NCBI GenBank assembly: GCA_046704665.1
Contig: JBJKRJ010000001.1
Span: forward strand, 57,255 to 121,254
Direction: 5' to 3'
Source: Thermoplasmata archaeon
GTDB lineage: Archaea > Thermoplasmatota > Thermoplasmata > Lutacidiplasmatales > UBA184
Length of the DNA: 64,000 bases
Both the position numbers and the translations under genes were made by a program. The notes under the pieces were generated by a model that did no database searches, was not told the DNA's origin, and was given only the letters and a program-made list of their open reading frames with translations. Position 1 is the stretch's first letter, and every line of letters starts with the position of its first letter. Positions 27,450-37,000 of this stretch are shown in pieces.

Positions 27450-28837
27450 GCGAACCCTCCGGGCGAGCCGTGGGCCTGCTCCCCCAGGAGCCGGTCGGCG
27501 GTCTCGAGGAACGCATCGCGCCGTCCGGCCGGGATCGTCGCCCCGCTCGCCACGCGGTGGCCGCCGCCCTCTCCGCCGACCGCCTGCGCGGCGTCCCGGC
27601 AGATGCTCGCCAGGTCGAGCCCGTGCGCGACCTGGTGCAGAGTACCTCGAGCGCTCAGCCGGATCGGTTCGTCCCCGTGCTCGGAGAAGGCGAACACCGG
27701 GCGATCCGGCGGAAGTAGGTAGATCATCGCCAGGCCTGCCTGTGTGCCCGCAAGGTTCGTCTCGGGGCTATCGAACCACCGCAGGAATCGCATCGAATTA
27801 ACTCCCTCCTCCTCGAGCCGGAGAATGCCCCGGAGGATCCCCGTCCGCCAGGTCTCCTCGGCGGCCCGTGCCTGCTCCACGGCTCGCGGGTCTCCCAGGG
27901 CGATCGCGACGCCGATCCCTGGCGTGCCGGCGCGACCGCAGGCGCTCTGAAGGTTCGAAAGCTCCTCGGCGTCCGCGCCGAGCGCCGGGACCCACCACCG
28001 TTCCTGGTCGAGCAGCGCCGAGAACTCGGGAAGGACCTGCGCCTCGTCCAGCCGAGCGCGGAGCCGCACGGCGAGGCGACGCGAATCCTCCGGGCCGAGA
28101 TCGGTGAGTCGGCCGGCCGGGTCGAGTCCGAGCTCCCGCAGGAATGCTTCCGCGGCCGCGGGCCGTCCTGCCAGGCCCCGGAAGTACGGATCGATGCTGT
28201 TCGCGAGCGCCCGGGCGAGCGTGGGTCCGAACAGCGCGAGCCCCGGTCGTTTCACGAGGACCGATCGGCGCAGCGCCTCCTCGACGAGGCGGCCGTTGAG
28301 CCCGCGGAATCCGCCGACATGCTGTCGGTCCCCGATCGCCCCCGAGAGTCCCCAGGGGGCGTTGTCCCAGTTCACGGGGTCGAGAAACACCGTGAAGAGC
28401 CACGTCAGCGTCGACGCGCTCAGCTCGCTCATCCCGTTGACGCCCCAGTCGAGCGGGTTCACGAGCGCCAGCGAGTCGGGGAGCGCGGGCGCGCCGGTGT
28501 ACTTGTGGTGGTCGAGCACGATGACCGGCGCTCGGTGCCGGGCGAAGAGGTCGAGCCAGCTCGATCCCGTGTCGACGACGAGCATCGGTCCGAGGCTCTG
28601 GGCGATCAGGGCGGCGACCTTCTCCCGCTCCACGCCGACGAGCGCGGTCGCCTGCACGGGATAGCCGAGCCGGGCCAGCGCGCGGAGAGCGCACGAGGCG
28701 CTCGCGATGCCGTCCGCGTCGTAATGGTAGACGACCCGCCAGCGTCCGGGGTGGCCCAGGAGGAGGCGCCGGGCGTGTTCGAACTCTTGGGCGTACCGTG
28801 GATCCGAAACGAACCCGTCCGGACCCGAGGGCATCAC
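27446..28837 (-). CDS. Archaeal RecJ-like DHH phosphoesterase (GAN/Cdc45-like)
   Basis: DHH motifs '[10 protein letters not shown]' and 'VLDHH', and DHHA1 'GGGH'. The start overlaps the rps15 stop. Confidence 0.85.
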   Translation of the reverse strand: MMPSGPDGFVSDPRYAQEFEHARRLLLGHPGRWRVVYHYDADGIASASCALRALARLGYPVQATALVGVEREKVAALIAQSLGPMLVVDTGSSWLDLFARHRAPVIVLDHHKYTGAPALPDSLALVNPLDWGVNGMSELSASTLTWLFTVFLDPVNWDNAPWGLSGAIGDRQHVGGFRGLNGRLVEEALRRSVLVKRPGLALFGPTLARALANSIDPYFRGLAGRPAAAEAFLRELGLDPAGRLTDLGPEDSRRLAVRLRARLDEAQVLPEFSALLDQERWWVPALGADAEELSNLQSACGRAGTPGIGVAIALGDPRAVEQARAAEETWRTGILRGILRLEEEGVNSMRFLRWFDSPETNLAGTQAGLAMIYLLPPDRPVFAFSEHGDEPIRLSARGTLHQVAHGLDLASICRDAAQAVGGEGGGHRVASGATIPAGRRDAFLETADRLLGEQAHGSPGGFA

Positions 28838-29289
28838 TCCACCTGGAGGGCCGCACCCGCCGAGGAGTACCGCCAGTTCTCGGGGATCCGCCGGCGCTGT
28901 CGGTAGTAGCGCGCGAGCCGGCGGATCCTCGACTCCATCAGCGAGAGACCCCGCCGGTTCGCGAGGTCCTTCGGGTGGGTCTCGAGGTGGCGCTGAAGGT
29001 GCACGACGCGCCTCAGGAGGGCCTGAAGGTCGTCGGGGATATCGGGGCGGACACCGTTCTCGGACAGGAGGGGCACGAGGCGCTGACCGGTCATCGCACG
29101 GACCGAGGGTACGCCGAGCGAATCGCGGAGGTTCTGGCCGACCTGTGCGGCCGGGGTCCCGGTCTTCGCCAGCTGCACCGCGCGCGCCACGATCTCCTCA
29201 TGGGAGACGGTGACCCACTCGGGCTTCGTCAGGGGGTAGGGTCGGTGGGAACCGGCCTTCCCTTTGCGCCGGGAGTGGATGCGCGACAT
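28834..29289 (-). CDS. rps15: Ribosomal protein uS15 (S13e)
   Basis: 'MSRIHSRRKGKAGSHRP...PEWV...HLQRHLETHPKDLANRRGL...RIRRLARYYR'. Confidence 0.9.
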   Translation of the reverse strand: MSRIHSRRKGKAGSHRPYPLTKPEWVTVSHEEIVARAVQLAKTGTPAAQVGQNLRDSLGVPSVRAMTGQRLVPLLSENGVRPDIPDDLQALLRRVVHLQRHLETHPKDLANRRGLSLMESRIRRLARYYRQRRRIPENWRYSSAGAALQVE

Positions 29290-29311
29290 GGGGGAGGGGG
29301 GACCCTCGTGC

Positions 29312-29321
29312 CTTACTTAAG
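29312..29321 (-). promoter_or_regulatory. TATA-like 'CTTAAGTAAG', 23-32 nt upstream of the rps15 ATG
   Basis: The same 'TTAAGTA' core recurs 25-35 nt upstream of the 29716 ATG (29741-29751). Confidence 0.3.
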
Positions 29322-29374
29322 CCTTCATTCGAGGAGGCGCTCCCTCCCCGCCGGCCGGCGCCGGTCGGCGGGCG

Positions 29375-29716
29375 TCAGCCGATCCGGTCGGAGTCCTGGA
29401 CGGATTCCACCAGGAACTTCTTGCCCTCGGACGTGATGTGGTAGCGCACGCGCGCCGGCGCGCGGTCCTTCGAAAGGTATCCGACACCGCCCTGTGCCTC
29501 GACCAGGCCGTTCCGCAGGAGGAGGCCGAGGACGAGCGGGATCTTGACGTGGTCGTTCTCGACGGCCCAGAACCGATGCAGGAGTCGCTCGATGTCGGGG
29601 AGCTCGAGCGTCTGGTCGGGCTGCCGATCCTCGTGCATCGACTCGACCCGGTTGAGCTGTTGGAGAACCGCGACCAGCGTCGCCCGTACCGGGTCGGGCC
29701 GCCCCCGCATCGACAT
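29375..29716 (-). CDS. Small predicted winged-helix protein, paralog A (113 aa)
   Basis: Shares with 29775..30113 the pattern 'LxQLNRxE...LELxxLxRLL...NGLxxxxxxxxYxxxxxxxYxITxEGKxFL'. H-H-H plus a beta-wing layout by eye. Confidence 0.5.
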   Translation of the reverse strand: MSMRGRPDPVRATLVAVLQQLNRVESMHEDRQPDQTLELPDIERLLHRFWAVENDHVKIPLVLGLLLRNGLVEAQGGVGYLSKDRAPARVRYHITSEGKKFLVESVQDSDRIG

Positions 29717-29774
29717 GGCGATATTCTACGTCGGCTTCCTCTACTTAAAAGGGAACGGTGGGGTCGCCGAAGCG

Positions 29775-30113
29775 TCAGTCGACACGGTTGGGGCGGCCGA
29801 GCCGCTCGAGGAGGAACGCCTTCCCTTCCGTGGTGATGGTGCAGCGCGCTCCGATCACGCGTCCCCGGTCCCAGGCGTACTCCGGATCGTTCCGCAGGCG
29901 CGCGAGGCCGTTGGCGACGAGCACGCGGACGGCGCGGGCGACGTCCTCCGGGGTGAGCCGCGGGTACTTCTGCCGCACGAGGAGGCGGTGGAGCTCGCCG
30001 AGCTCGAGACCCTGGGCGTCCGTGTCCTCCATCTCGGCCCGGTTGAGCTGCCGGAGGATCTCGAGGATCTCGTCCCGGAGCTCCGCCGCCGCCTCGTCCG
30101 GGGTCTCGTTCAT
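29775..30113 (-). CDS. Small predicted winged-helix protein, paralog B (112 aa)
   Basis: Tandem paralog of 29375..29716, about 30% identity by eye, same length. Confidence 0.5.
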   Translation of the reverse strand: MNETPDEAAAELRDEILEILRQLNRAEMEDTDAQGLELGELHRLLVRQKYPRLTPEDVARAVRVLVANGLARLRNDPEYAWDRGRVIGARCTITTEGKAFLLERLGRPNRVD

Positions 30114-30205
30114 GGGAGAAAGGCCGGCCGTCGGGAAGATGAAGATAGCGTCGCACAGGGCGGCAGGCTTTTTTTCGACCCGCGGTTACCGGCTCGTTCC
30201 CGGCC

Positions 30206-30514
30206 ATGGTCTGTACCTGCCGTACCCCGGCCCGCTGCCCCGTCTGCAACACCCCCGTCCGGGTCCCCCTGACGAACCTCGAGAGTGCCGCGGGCGGCTC
30301 GATCCTGGTCGACCGCTTCGCCCGGCGGGACTCGGCGACCTCCCGAGAGGGCCTCCGTCAGCTCATCCAGGGGTGGGCGAACTGCCCGTCCTGCGGGCAC
30401 ACGATCTCCTTCGAGCACTCTCGCGTCTGCGTCGCCGCGGCGCTCAGCACCGCCGGGGTCCCGCTCGCGGAGCGGGAATCGATCCTCTCGAAGATCACCT
30501 TCCCGGAAGGTTAG
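30206..30514 (+). CDS. Small zinc-ribbon protein (102 aa)
   Basis: 'CTCRTPARCPVC' and 'CPSCGH'. Third-codon positions are strongly GC-biased, as in true genes. No clear SD. Confidence 0.4.
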   Translation: MVCTCRTPARCPVCNTPVRVPLTNLESAAGGSILVDRFARRDSATSREGLRQLIQGWANCPSCGHTISFEHSRVCVAAALSTAGVPLAERESILSKITFPEG

Positions 30515-30529
30515 CGGAGAGGTACGACG

Positions 30530-31681
30530 GTGCCCGGGGACGAGGAGTTCGTCGTTACTCCGTACGAGGTCCGCGGCAAGATTGACTACGACCGGCTCCG
30601 CGAGCAGTTCGGGACCCAGCCCATCACCTCCGAGCTTCTCGCGAAGATCCAGCACCTCGCGGGGGGCGATCTTCCACCGGCGCTGTCGCGCGGGATCTAC
30701 TACTCCCACCGGGACCTCGCGATGCTCCTGGACGGCTTCGCCCACGGCAAGCCGTTCTTCCTCTACTCGGGGCGGGGGCCCTCGGGGCCGCTCCACACGT
30801 CCCATCTCCTGCAGTTCCAGCTCTGCCAGTGGTTCCAGCGGCGGTTCGGCGTCGCCATGTACATCCAGATCACGGACGACGAGAAGTTCTGGTCGAGCAA
30901 GACCGGGGTCACCCGCGAGGAGACCGCGCACTGGGGGCTCGAGAACCTGGTCGACATCCTGGCCCTCGGCTTCGATCCGAAGCGGACGTTCACGTTCTTC
31001 GACTCCCGGTCGATCTCCGCGATGTACCCCCTCGCGATCCGGATCGCGCGCAAGATCCCGTACTCCACCGTCAAGGCCGTCTTCGGTTTCGATCCGAGCG
31101 CGAACATCGGTCTCGTCTTCTACACCGCGCTCCAGACGGTGCCGGCGTTCTGGCCCTCCTGGGCCGAGGGCCGCCCGATCCCCTGTCTGATTCCGTGCGG
31201 CATCGACCAGGATCCGCACTTCCGCGTCTCGCGCGACATCGCCGAGACCTTGGGGTACCCGAAGCCGGCGCTCCTTCACAGCCAGATGGTCCCGGGACTC
31301 CTCGGCGAGTCGGTGATGTCGACGACCGGGGACCGAAGCGACAACGCGCTCTTCCTGAACGATCCGCCGAAGGTCGTCGCGCGGAAGGTCCACAACGCGT
31401 TCACCGGCGGCCGGACGACGGTCGAGGAGCAGCGCCGCCTCGGCGCGGTCCCCGAGATCTGCTCGGTCTGGGCGCTGTGGCGAACCCAGTTCGCGGAGAC
31501 CAGCGCGAAGTTCTCCGAGATCACCGAGGGGTGTCGGTCGGGCCGGCTCCTCTGCGGCGAGTGTAAGTCGCAGATCCTCGAACGGATCCACGCCTTCTAC
31601 CGGACGCACGAAGCGGCACGGGCCCGGGCTCGGGAGTGGGCCGAGTCGACGATCCTCACCGCGGCGCCCCGGCCCCTGTAG
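30530..31681 (+). CDS. trpS: Tryptophanyl-tRNA synthetase (archaeal/eukaryal type)
   Basis: 'YSGRGPSGPLHTSHL' (HIGH-type), and a KMSKS-like 'VMSTTGD' region. 383 aa. Confidence 0.9.
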   Translation: MPGDEEFVVTPYEVRGKIDYDRLREQFGTQPITSELLAKIQHLAGGDLPPALSRGIYYSHRDLAMLLDGFAHGKPFFLYSGRGPSGPLHTSHLLQFQLCQWFQRRFGVAMYIQITDDEKFWSSKTGVTREETAHWGLENLVDILALGFDPKRTFTFFDSRSISAMYPLAIRIARKIPYSTVKAVFGFDPSANIGLVFYTALQTVPAFWPSWAEGRPIPCLIPCGIDQDPHFRVSRDIAETLGYPKPALLHSQMVPGLLGESVMSTTGDRSDNALFLNDPPKVVARKVHNAFTGGRTTVEEQRRLGAVPEICSVWALWRTQFAETSAKFSEITEGCRSGRLLCGECKSQILERIHAFYRTHEAARARAREWAESTILTAAPRPL

Positions 31682-31699
31682 TGCGGGCTCGGTCCGGCG

Positions 31700-32440
31700 T
31701 CAGATGAGCTCGGGGCCCCGCGGCGGCCGTCTCGGTGCGCCGTCCTCGGGCCGCGACGGGGGCGACGGCCGCTCGGGGACCTCGGGTCCCTCCTGCACCG
31801 TCGTGAGCAGGTTCAGCATCGGTCGGAAGAGCGAGCGCTGCGCCCGATCGGGGTCGAGCGTGTAGGCCCGTTCGTAGGCGGCGACCGCCTCCTCCTCATC
31901 GCCGAGGCTTAGGAGGGAGAGCGCGAGATCGAGCCAGCTCTTGGCCTCCCGAGCGCTCTCTCGCTCGCCCCGCTCGTCGACATGATCGTCCCGGAGCGGA
32001 GGGCCGGCCGAGGCCTGGAGGCGGGTCGAAGGGGTCTCCTCCGAAAGGACGAGCGAACGCTCAAGGGCGGCCTCGGCGGCGGTCTCCTCCCCGGACTCGG
32101 CGAGCGCCACCCCGAGGCGGTGCCAGGCCACGAGGTCATTGGGCGCGAGCGCGACCGCCCGGCGGTACGCGCTCGCCGCATCGTCCCACTCCTCCCGGAG
32201 CGACCGGGCCACCCCCATGTGGAACCAGGCCTCCGGGTTGTCGGGAGAGAGCGCGACCGCGCGCGAGAGCGCAGCCTCGGCCTCCGTGGCCTGCCCAACG
32301 TGGGCGAGGCAGACCCCATAGTACGACCAGGCGTGGGCGTTCGTCGGGTCCTCCCGAACGACCTCCCGGAACGACCGGACGGCGTCGGCGTAGCTGCGGC
32401 GCAGGAAGTAGTAGACCCCGAGGTCGAAGTGCTGGCTCAC
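31700..32440 (-). CDS. TPR-repeat protein
   Basis: Repeated 34-aa units 'AxAWxxxGxxLxxxGxxxxAxxAxxRAVALxP'. Confidence 0.8.
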   Translation of the reverse strand: MSQHFDLGVYYFLRRSYADAVRSFREVVREDPTNAHAWSYYGVCLAHVGQATEAEAALSRAVALSPDNPEAWFHMGVARSLREEWDDAASAYRRAVALAPNDLVAWHRLGVALAESGEETAAEAALERSLVLSEETPSTRLQASAGPPLRDDHVDERGERESAREAKSWLDLALSLLSLGDEEEAVAAYERAYTLDPDRAQRSLFRPMLNLLTTVQEGPEVPERPSPPSRPEDGAPRRPPRGPELI

Positions 32441-32552
32441 GCCCGGTCCCCCCGCGGGAAGGGAGCCCCCCCGAAAAAGACTCTCCTTCTCTCCCCGGTC
32501 CCCCTACCCCCCTCGGAAGGGGGACCCGGGGCACCGGTCGGTCCGCGCCATC

Positions 32553-32584
32553 GCGCTTATATCCCGGTGAATATCCTAGCGCGA
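32553..32584. promoter_or_regulatory. AT-rich element: direct repeat ATATCC x2 (6-nt spacer) flanked by inverted CGCGCT/AGCGCG, in the divergent TPR / ssb intergenic region
   Basis: 'CGCGCTTATATCCCGGTGAATATCCTAGCGCG'. Candidate TATA or operator. Lies 135 nt upstream of the ssb ATG. Confidence 0.3.
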
Positions 32585-32719
32585 CAAGGAATCCCGGAGC
32601 CCAGCCCGAATCGAGCGTCCTGACCGTCCTATTTCTGCGACGAGGGTTCGCACGAGGAGTCTCGCTCTCGGATCTCCCCCGAAAGCGAACGCGAAACGCG
32701 AACCCAAGAGGCGAACGAA

Positions 32720-33214
32720 ATGGCAGACAAGCCCCTGACGAAAGTGCGAGACCTGACGCCGAACTCGAAGCAAGTGAACGTGCTGGCCAAGGTGGTCAGT
32801 ATCGGAGAGCCGAAGGAAGTCATGGGAAAGTTCGGCGACCCAAGGAAGGTCTGTGAGGCGATCGTCGGTGACGACACCGCCACGATCATTCTCTCTCTTT
32901 GGAACGAGCAGATCGGCTCGATCCAGAAGGACGAGGTCATCCTGGTCGACAACGGCTACGTCTCTCTGGTGCGCGGCCACATGCGGCTCAACGTCGGGAG
33001 GTACGGCAACCTCTCGAAGTCGACGGACGCGATCGCCGAGGTCAACTCCTCGCTCGACATGAGCCAGCAGGAGTTCGAGAGCGAACGCCGCTCCTTTGGC
33101 GGCGGCGGGTACCGTGACCGCGGCTCGGGCGGAGGCTACGGCGGCGGGCGGTACGGTGGCGGAGGCGGTGGCTCCGGCGGCCGCGAGCGCTCCGACTCGT
33201 ACAAGCGCTACTAG
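32720..33214 (+). CDS. ssb: Single-stranded DNA-binding protein (single OB fold plus Gly/Arg-rich flexible tail)
   Basis: OB-fold core 'VNVLAKVVSIGEPKEV...ILSLWNEQ'. C-terminal 'GGGGYRDRGSGGGYGGGRYGGGGGGSGG' tail as in short crenarchaeal-type SSBs. Confidence 0.8.
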   Translation: MADKPLTKVRDLTPNSKQVNVLAKVVSIGEPKEVMGKFGDPRKVCEAIVGDDTATIILSLWNEQIGSIQKDEVILVDNGYVSLVRGHMRLNVGRYGNLSKSTDAIAEVNSSLDMSQQEFESERRSFGGGGYRDRGSGGGYGGGRYGGGGGGSGGRERSDSYKRY

Positions 33215-33252
33215 GACCCTTCCAACGGTCCCTGGGCCGAACCCGTTCTCAA

Positions 33253-33277
33253 CCCCCTGCCCCGAGGGGCAGGGGGG
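33253..33277 (+). terminator. Perfect 11-bp stem / 3-nt loop hairpin 'CCCCCTGCCCCgagGGGGCAGGGGG', 39 nt after the ssb stop
   Basis: Inverted repeat read directly from the sequence. No T-tract follows, so a terminator function is only inferred. Confidence 0.3.
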
Positions 33278-33302
33278 TCCTTGCCGGGACGCCGATGGCA
33301 TC

Positions 33303-33312
33303 GGTATATAGG
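33303..33312 (+). promoter_or_regulatory. TATA box 'GGTATATAGG', about 28 nt upstream of the 33336 ATG
   Basis: Canonical archaeal TATA at leaderless spacing. Confidence 0.4.
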
Positions 33313-33335
33313 GCCCTCCACTCTCGCGACCGCCC

Positions 33336-34013
33336 ATGCCGGAAGAGTCCCGCGACCTGATGCTCTATGTCCAGTCGAAGAAGGCCGTCACGACGTTCTA
33401 CCGAACGCCGCCTTCCGCCGCTCGGGGATTTGCGAATCCGGGCGCGGAGGCCGTCCGCGGGGCTCCCGAGGAAGGCGCTCCGGTCGGAGAGCCCGTCTAC
33501 TTCCTCTCCGATGACCAGTCCCGCTGCGTCGCACAGGTCGAAGAGATGGCGGCCCGCCGCGGCTACCACGTCCGGGTGGTAGACGTCGAGAAGGTCGGAC
33601 GCATCGAGCGGCTGATCGCCGAGCATCTCCGTGGGGTCCAGAAGTTCCCGGTCCTGATCGCCCCGAACGGCCGCCGGCTCGAAGGCGTCGAGCAGTTCAC
33701 GATCCAGGAGCTCGCCGCCCTGATGCCGACCGAGCTCAAGAGCCAGCGCGCGTTCTCCTACCTCAAGGTCCGCGGCGGGGACCTCGACCGCATCCGCCGC
33801 CTGCTCGAGAGCCTTCCCGAGGTCAAGGAGCTCCACTTCCTCACCGGTGACTGGGACATGATGGTCGTCCTCGACTTCGAGAGCGGGGCCGGCGGAAAGC
33901 GTCGGGTCCTCGACTTCGTCACCGACCGGATTCGGGGGATCCCCGAGATCCTCGACACCTCGACGGTCGTCCCGGAGTACTCGATCACCAAGTTCGCGCT
34001 GCGCCTCACCTAG
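33336..34013 (+). CDS. Fusion protein: N-terminal thioredoxin/glutaredoxin-like fold (single Cys) plus C-terminal Lrp/AsnC-type RAM (ACT-like) domain
   Basis: C-terminus 'AFSYLKVRGGDLDRIRRLLESLPEVKELHFLTGDWDMMVVLDFES...IRGIPEILDTSTVV' is a RAM domain. N-terminus shows beta-alpha-beta 'PVYFLS..QSRCVAQVEEMAARRGYHVRVVDV...KFPVLIAPNGRRL'. Confidence 0.5.
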   Translation: MPEESRDLMLYVQSKKAVTTFYRTPPSAARGFANPGAEAVRGAPEEGAPVGEPVYFLSDDQSRCVAQVEEMAARRGYHVRVVDVEKVGRIERLIAEHLRGVQKFPVLIAPNGRRLEGVEQFTIQELAALMPTELKSQRAFSYLKVRGGDLDRIRRLLESLPEVKELHFLTGDWDMMVVLDFESGAGGKRRVLDFVTDRIRGIPEILDTSTVVPEYSITKFALRLT

Positions 34014-37000
34014 CGCGCGCACCGTTCGTGCGGCGCGCGCGCCCGGAGTGTCCCCGATAGACGACCGGGATCCCCACCGGGGGTCGCGCGGGTTCGCTCA
34101 CGGGGAGTCCCTCGGGCGTCCCATACAGCGCGTCGACCGTCAGCGGATGCTCCTCCAGCCAGCCGACCCCCTCGACGTAGGCGGCGAACGACTCGAGGCT
34201 CGTGAAGAGCGGGATCCCGAGCTCGACCGCACGCCGGCGGAGGACGTACTCGTCCTCGAGCATCCGTTCGAACTTCTCCTGGGTGAGCGAGAGCGGGACG
34301 TTGAGCAGGAGATCGATCTCCCCCCGGTCGAGCGCCTCGAGAACGTTCGGGTGACGGTCGGGCTCGGAGACCTTGTGGAGAACTCGCACCGGACGGACGC
34401 CCTGGGCGGCGAGGAACGCCCCGGTGTCCTCGGTCGCGGCGACGCCGAGGCCAAGGGAGCGCAGGCGCCGGGCGATCGGCAGCAGTTGCTCCTTGAGCTC
34501 CACCCCGCCGACCGAGAGGAACGCGAACCCGCGACGCGGGATCAGCCGCACCCCGGTCGCGACGAGCGCCTTCACGAGAGCATCCGAGAACGTCGGACCG
34601 AAGCAGGCGACCTCGCCGGTCGATTGCATCTCGACCCCGAGCAGCGGGTCGGAGCCGGAGAGCTGGAGGAACGAGAACTGCGGCACCTTGACGCCCCAGC
34701 GGTCGGGCGGCAGGGGGGCGACGCCGTCCCGCGAGATCGGCCGGCCGAGCATCGCGCGGGCGGCCTCCCGGAGCAGCGGGAGCCCCGTCGCCTTCGTGAG
34801 GAACGGAAGGGAGCGGCTGGCGCGCAGGTTGAGCTCGATGATCTGGTAGGCCCGGTCCTTCACGAGGAACTGGACGTTGAACGGACCGCGGATCGCGAGC
34901 GTGCGCGCGAGGCGGCCGGCCGCGTCGAGGAGGTCCGCCTGGACCTCGGGCGGCGTGTGACGCGGTGGCAGGCAGAAGATCGCATCGCCCGAGTGGACCC
35001 CGGCCCGCTCGACGTGCTCGAGGATCCCCGCGACCAGGACCCGTTCCCCGTCCGAGATCGCGTCGAGCTCGATCTCGTCCGCGCCCTCGATGAACTTCGT
35101 GATCACGACCGGATGCTCCGGTGAGACCCGGGCCGCTTCAGACAGGAACCGTCCGAGGTCGTTCCGGCCCGAGATCACCCGCATCGCCTGGCCGGAGAGG
35201 ACGTAGGAGGGGCGGACGAGGACCGGGTAGCCGACCTCGTCGGCGAACGTGGAGGCCTCCTCGACCGTGCGGAAGGCGCGCCACGCCGGTTGCGGGATCT
35301 TCAGGCGCTCGAGCAGCCCGGCGAACCGCGCCCGGTCCTCCGCCGTGTCGATCGACTCGGAGGAGGTGCCGAGGATCGGGATCCCGCACATGTGGAGGAG
35401 CGGAGTGAGGTTCTGGGCGAGCTGGCTTCCGACACAGGTGACGATCCCCGAGAACCCCTCGAAATCGAAGATATCGCGCACCCGCTCGAGCGTGATCTCC
35501 TCGAAGTAGAGGCGATCGGACCGATCGTAATCGGTCGAGACGGTCTCGGGGTTCGAGTTCAACAGCGCGACGCCCGAGATCCCCTCCGCCTTGAGGCCGT
35601 CCACGAGGTTCATCGTCGACCAGTCGAACTCGACGCTCGAGCCGATCCGGTAGGGGCCGGCCCCGATCACGAGGGCGGAGCCGCGAGGCATCGGCGCCAC
35701 GTCGTCCGCGTCGGCGCGGTAGGTGAGATAGAGGTAGTTCGTCCGGGCCGGCCACTCTCCCGCGAGCGTGTCGATCATCCGCACCCGGGGCCGGATCCCC
35801 GCCGCGAGACGCCGCCGACGCACCTCCTCCTCGTCCCGGCGCGCGGCCCGTCCGATCGCCCGGTCGGAGAGCCCCGCCTCCTTCGCCGACCGGAGCAGCG
35901 TATCGGGGATCTCCCCGGCGGACGCGGCGGTGAGCGCCCGATCGACCGACTCGATCTCTCCGAGGGCGTCCACGAACCAGCGGTCGATGTAGGAGAGGCG
36001 GCTCACGCTCTCGGGATCGATCCCGGCGCGGAGCGCCTCGAGGACGTGGAAGAGGATCCCGGGGGTCGGCGTCCCGAGGTCCGTGAGGATCTCCTCCGGC
36101 GCGCGGACCTCGGCCGGCGGCACCAGGTCCGAGCGGGGGTCGCCCATCCGCACGGCCTTCGCGACCGCCTCGGGGAACGACGCCCCGACGCCCATCACCT
36201 CACCGACCGACTTCATGGACGGGCCGAGACGTCGGTCCGCCCGCGAGAACTTGTCGAGGTCCCAGCGGGGAAGCTTCACGACCACGTAGTCGAGCGCCGG
36301 CTCGAACGCGGCCGACGTGACCCCCGTGATGCGGTTCTTGAGCTCGGGGAGCGTGTAGCCGAGCGCCAGCTTCGCGGCGATGTACGCGAGCGGATAGCCC
36401 GTCGCCTTGCTCGCGAGGGCACTCGATCGGGAGAGCCGTGCATTGATCTCGATCGCATAGTACTCCTCGCTCGTGGGGTCGAGACAGAACTGGATGTTGC
36501 ACTCCCCGACCACCCCGACCTCTTCGACCGCCCGGAGGGCGGCCTGGCGGAGCATCTGGTACTCGAAGTCGGTGAGCGTCTGGCTCGGCGCGACCACGAT
36601 GTTGTCGCCGGTGTGGACCCGCATCCCGAGGACGTTCTCCATGTTGCAGACGGTGAGCGCGTTCCCCTTCGCATCGCGGACGACCTCGTACTCGAGCTGC
36701 TTGAACTCCCCGACGTACCGCTCGAGCAGCACCTGGCCGACCGGGCTCGCGCGGAGCCCCCGGGCGACGACGTCCTTCAGTTCCTCGGCGGTGCGGGCGA
36801 TCCCCCCGCCCCGGCCTCCGAGCGTGAACGCGACCCGGACCATCACCGGGAATCCGAGCTCCTTCGCGGCGGCGAGCGCCTCCTCGTAGGAGTAGACCGC
36901 GCGGCTCGGGAGCGTCGGGACGCGCGCGCGGGCCATGGCCCGGACGAACTTCGCCCGGTCCTCCGTCCCCCGGATCCCGCGGAGCGGCGTGCCGAGCACC

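Noticed and set aside
30160-30180. T7 tract 'GGCTTTTTTTCGACC' as an archaeal terminator
   Set aside because: It lies upstream of, not downstream from, the only plus-strand gene there, and is A-rich on the strand of the adjacent minus gene start. More likely part of a divergent promoter region. Not called.
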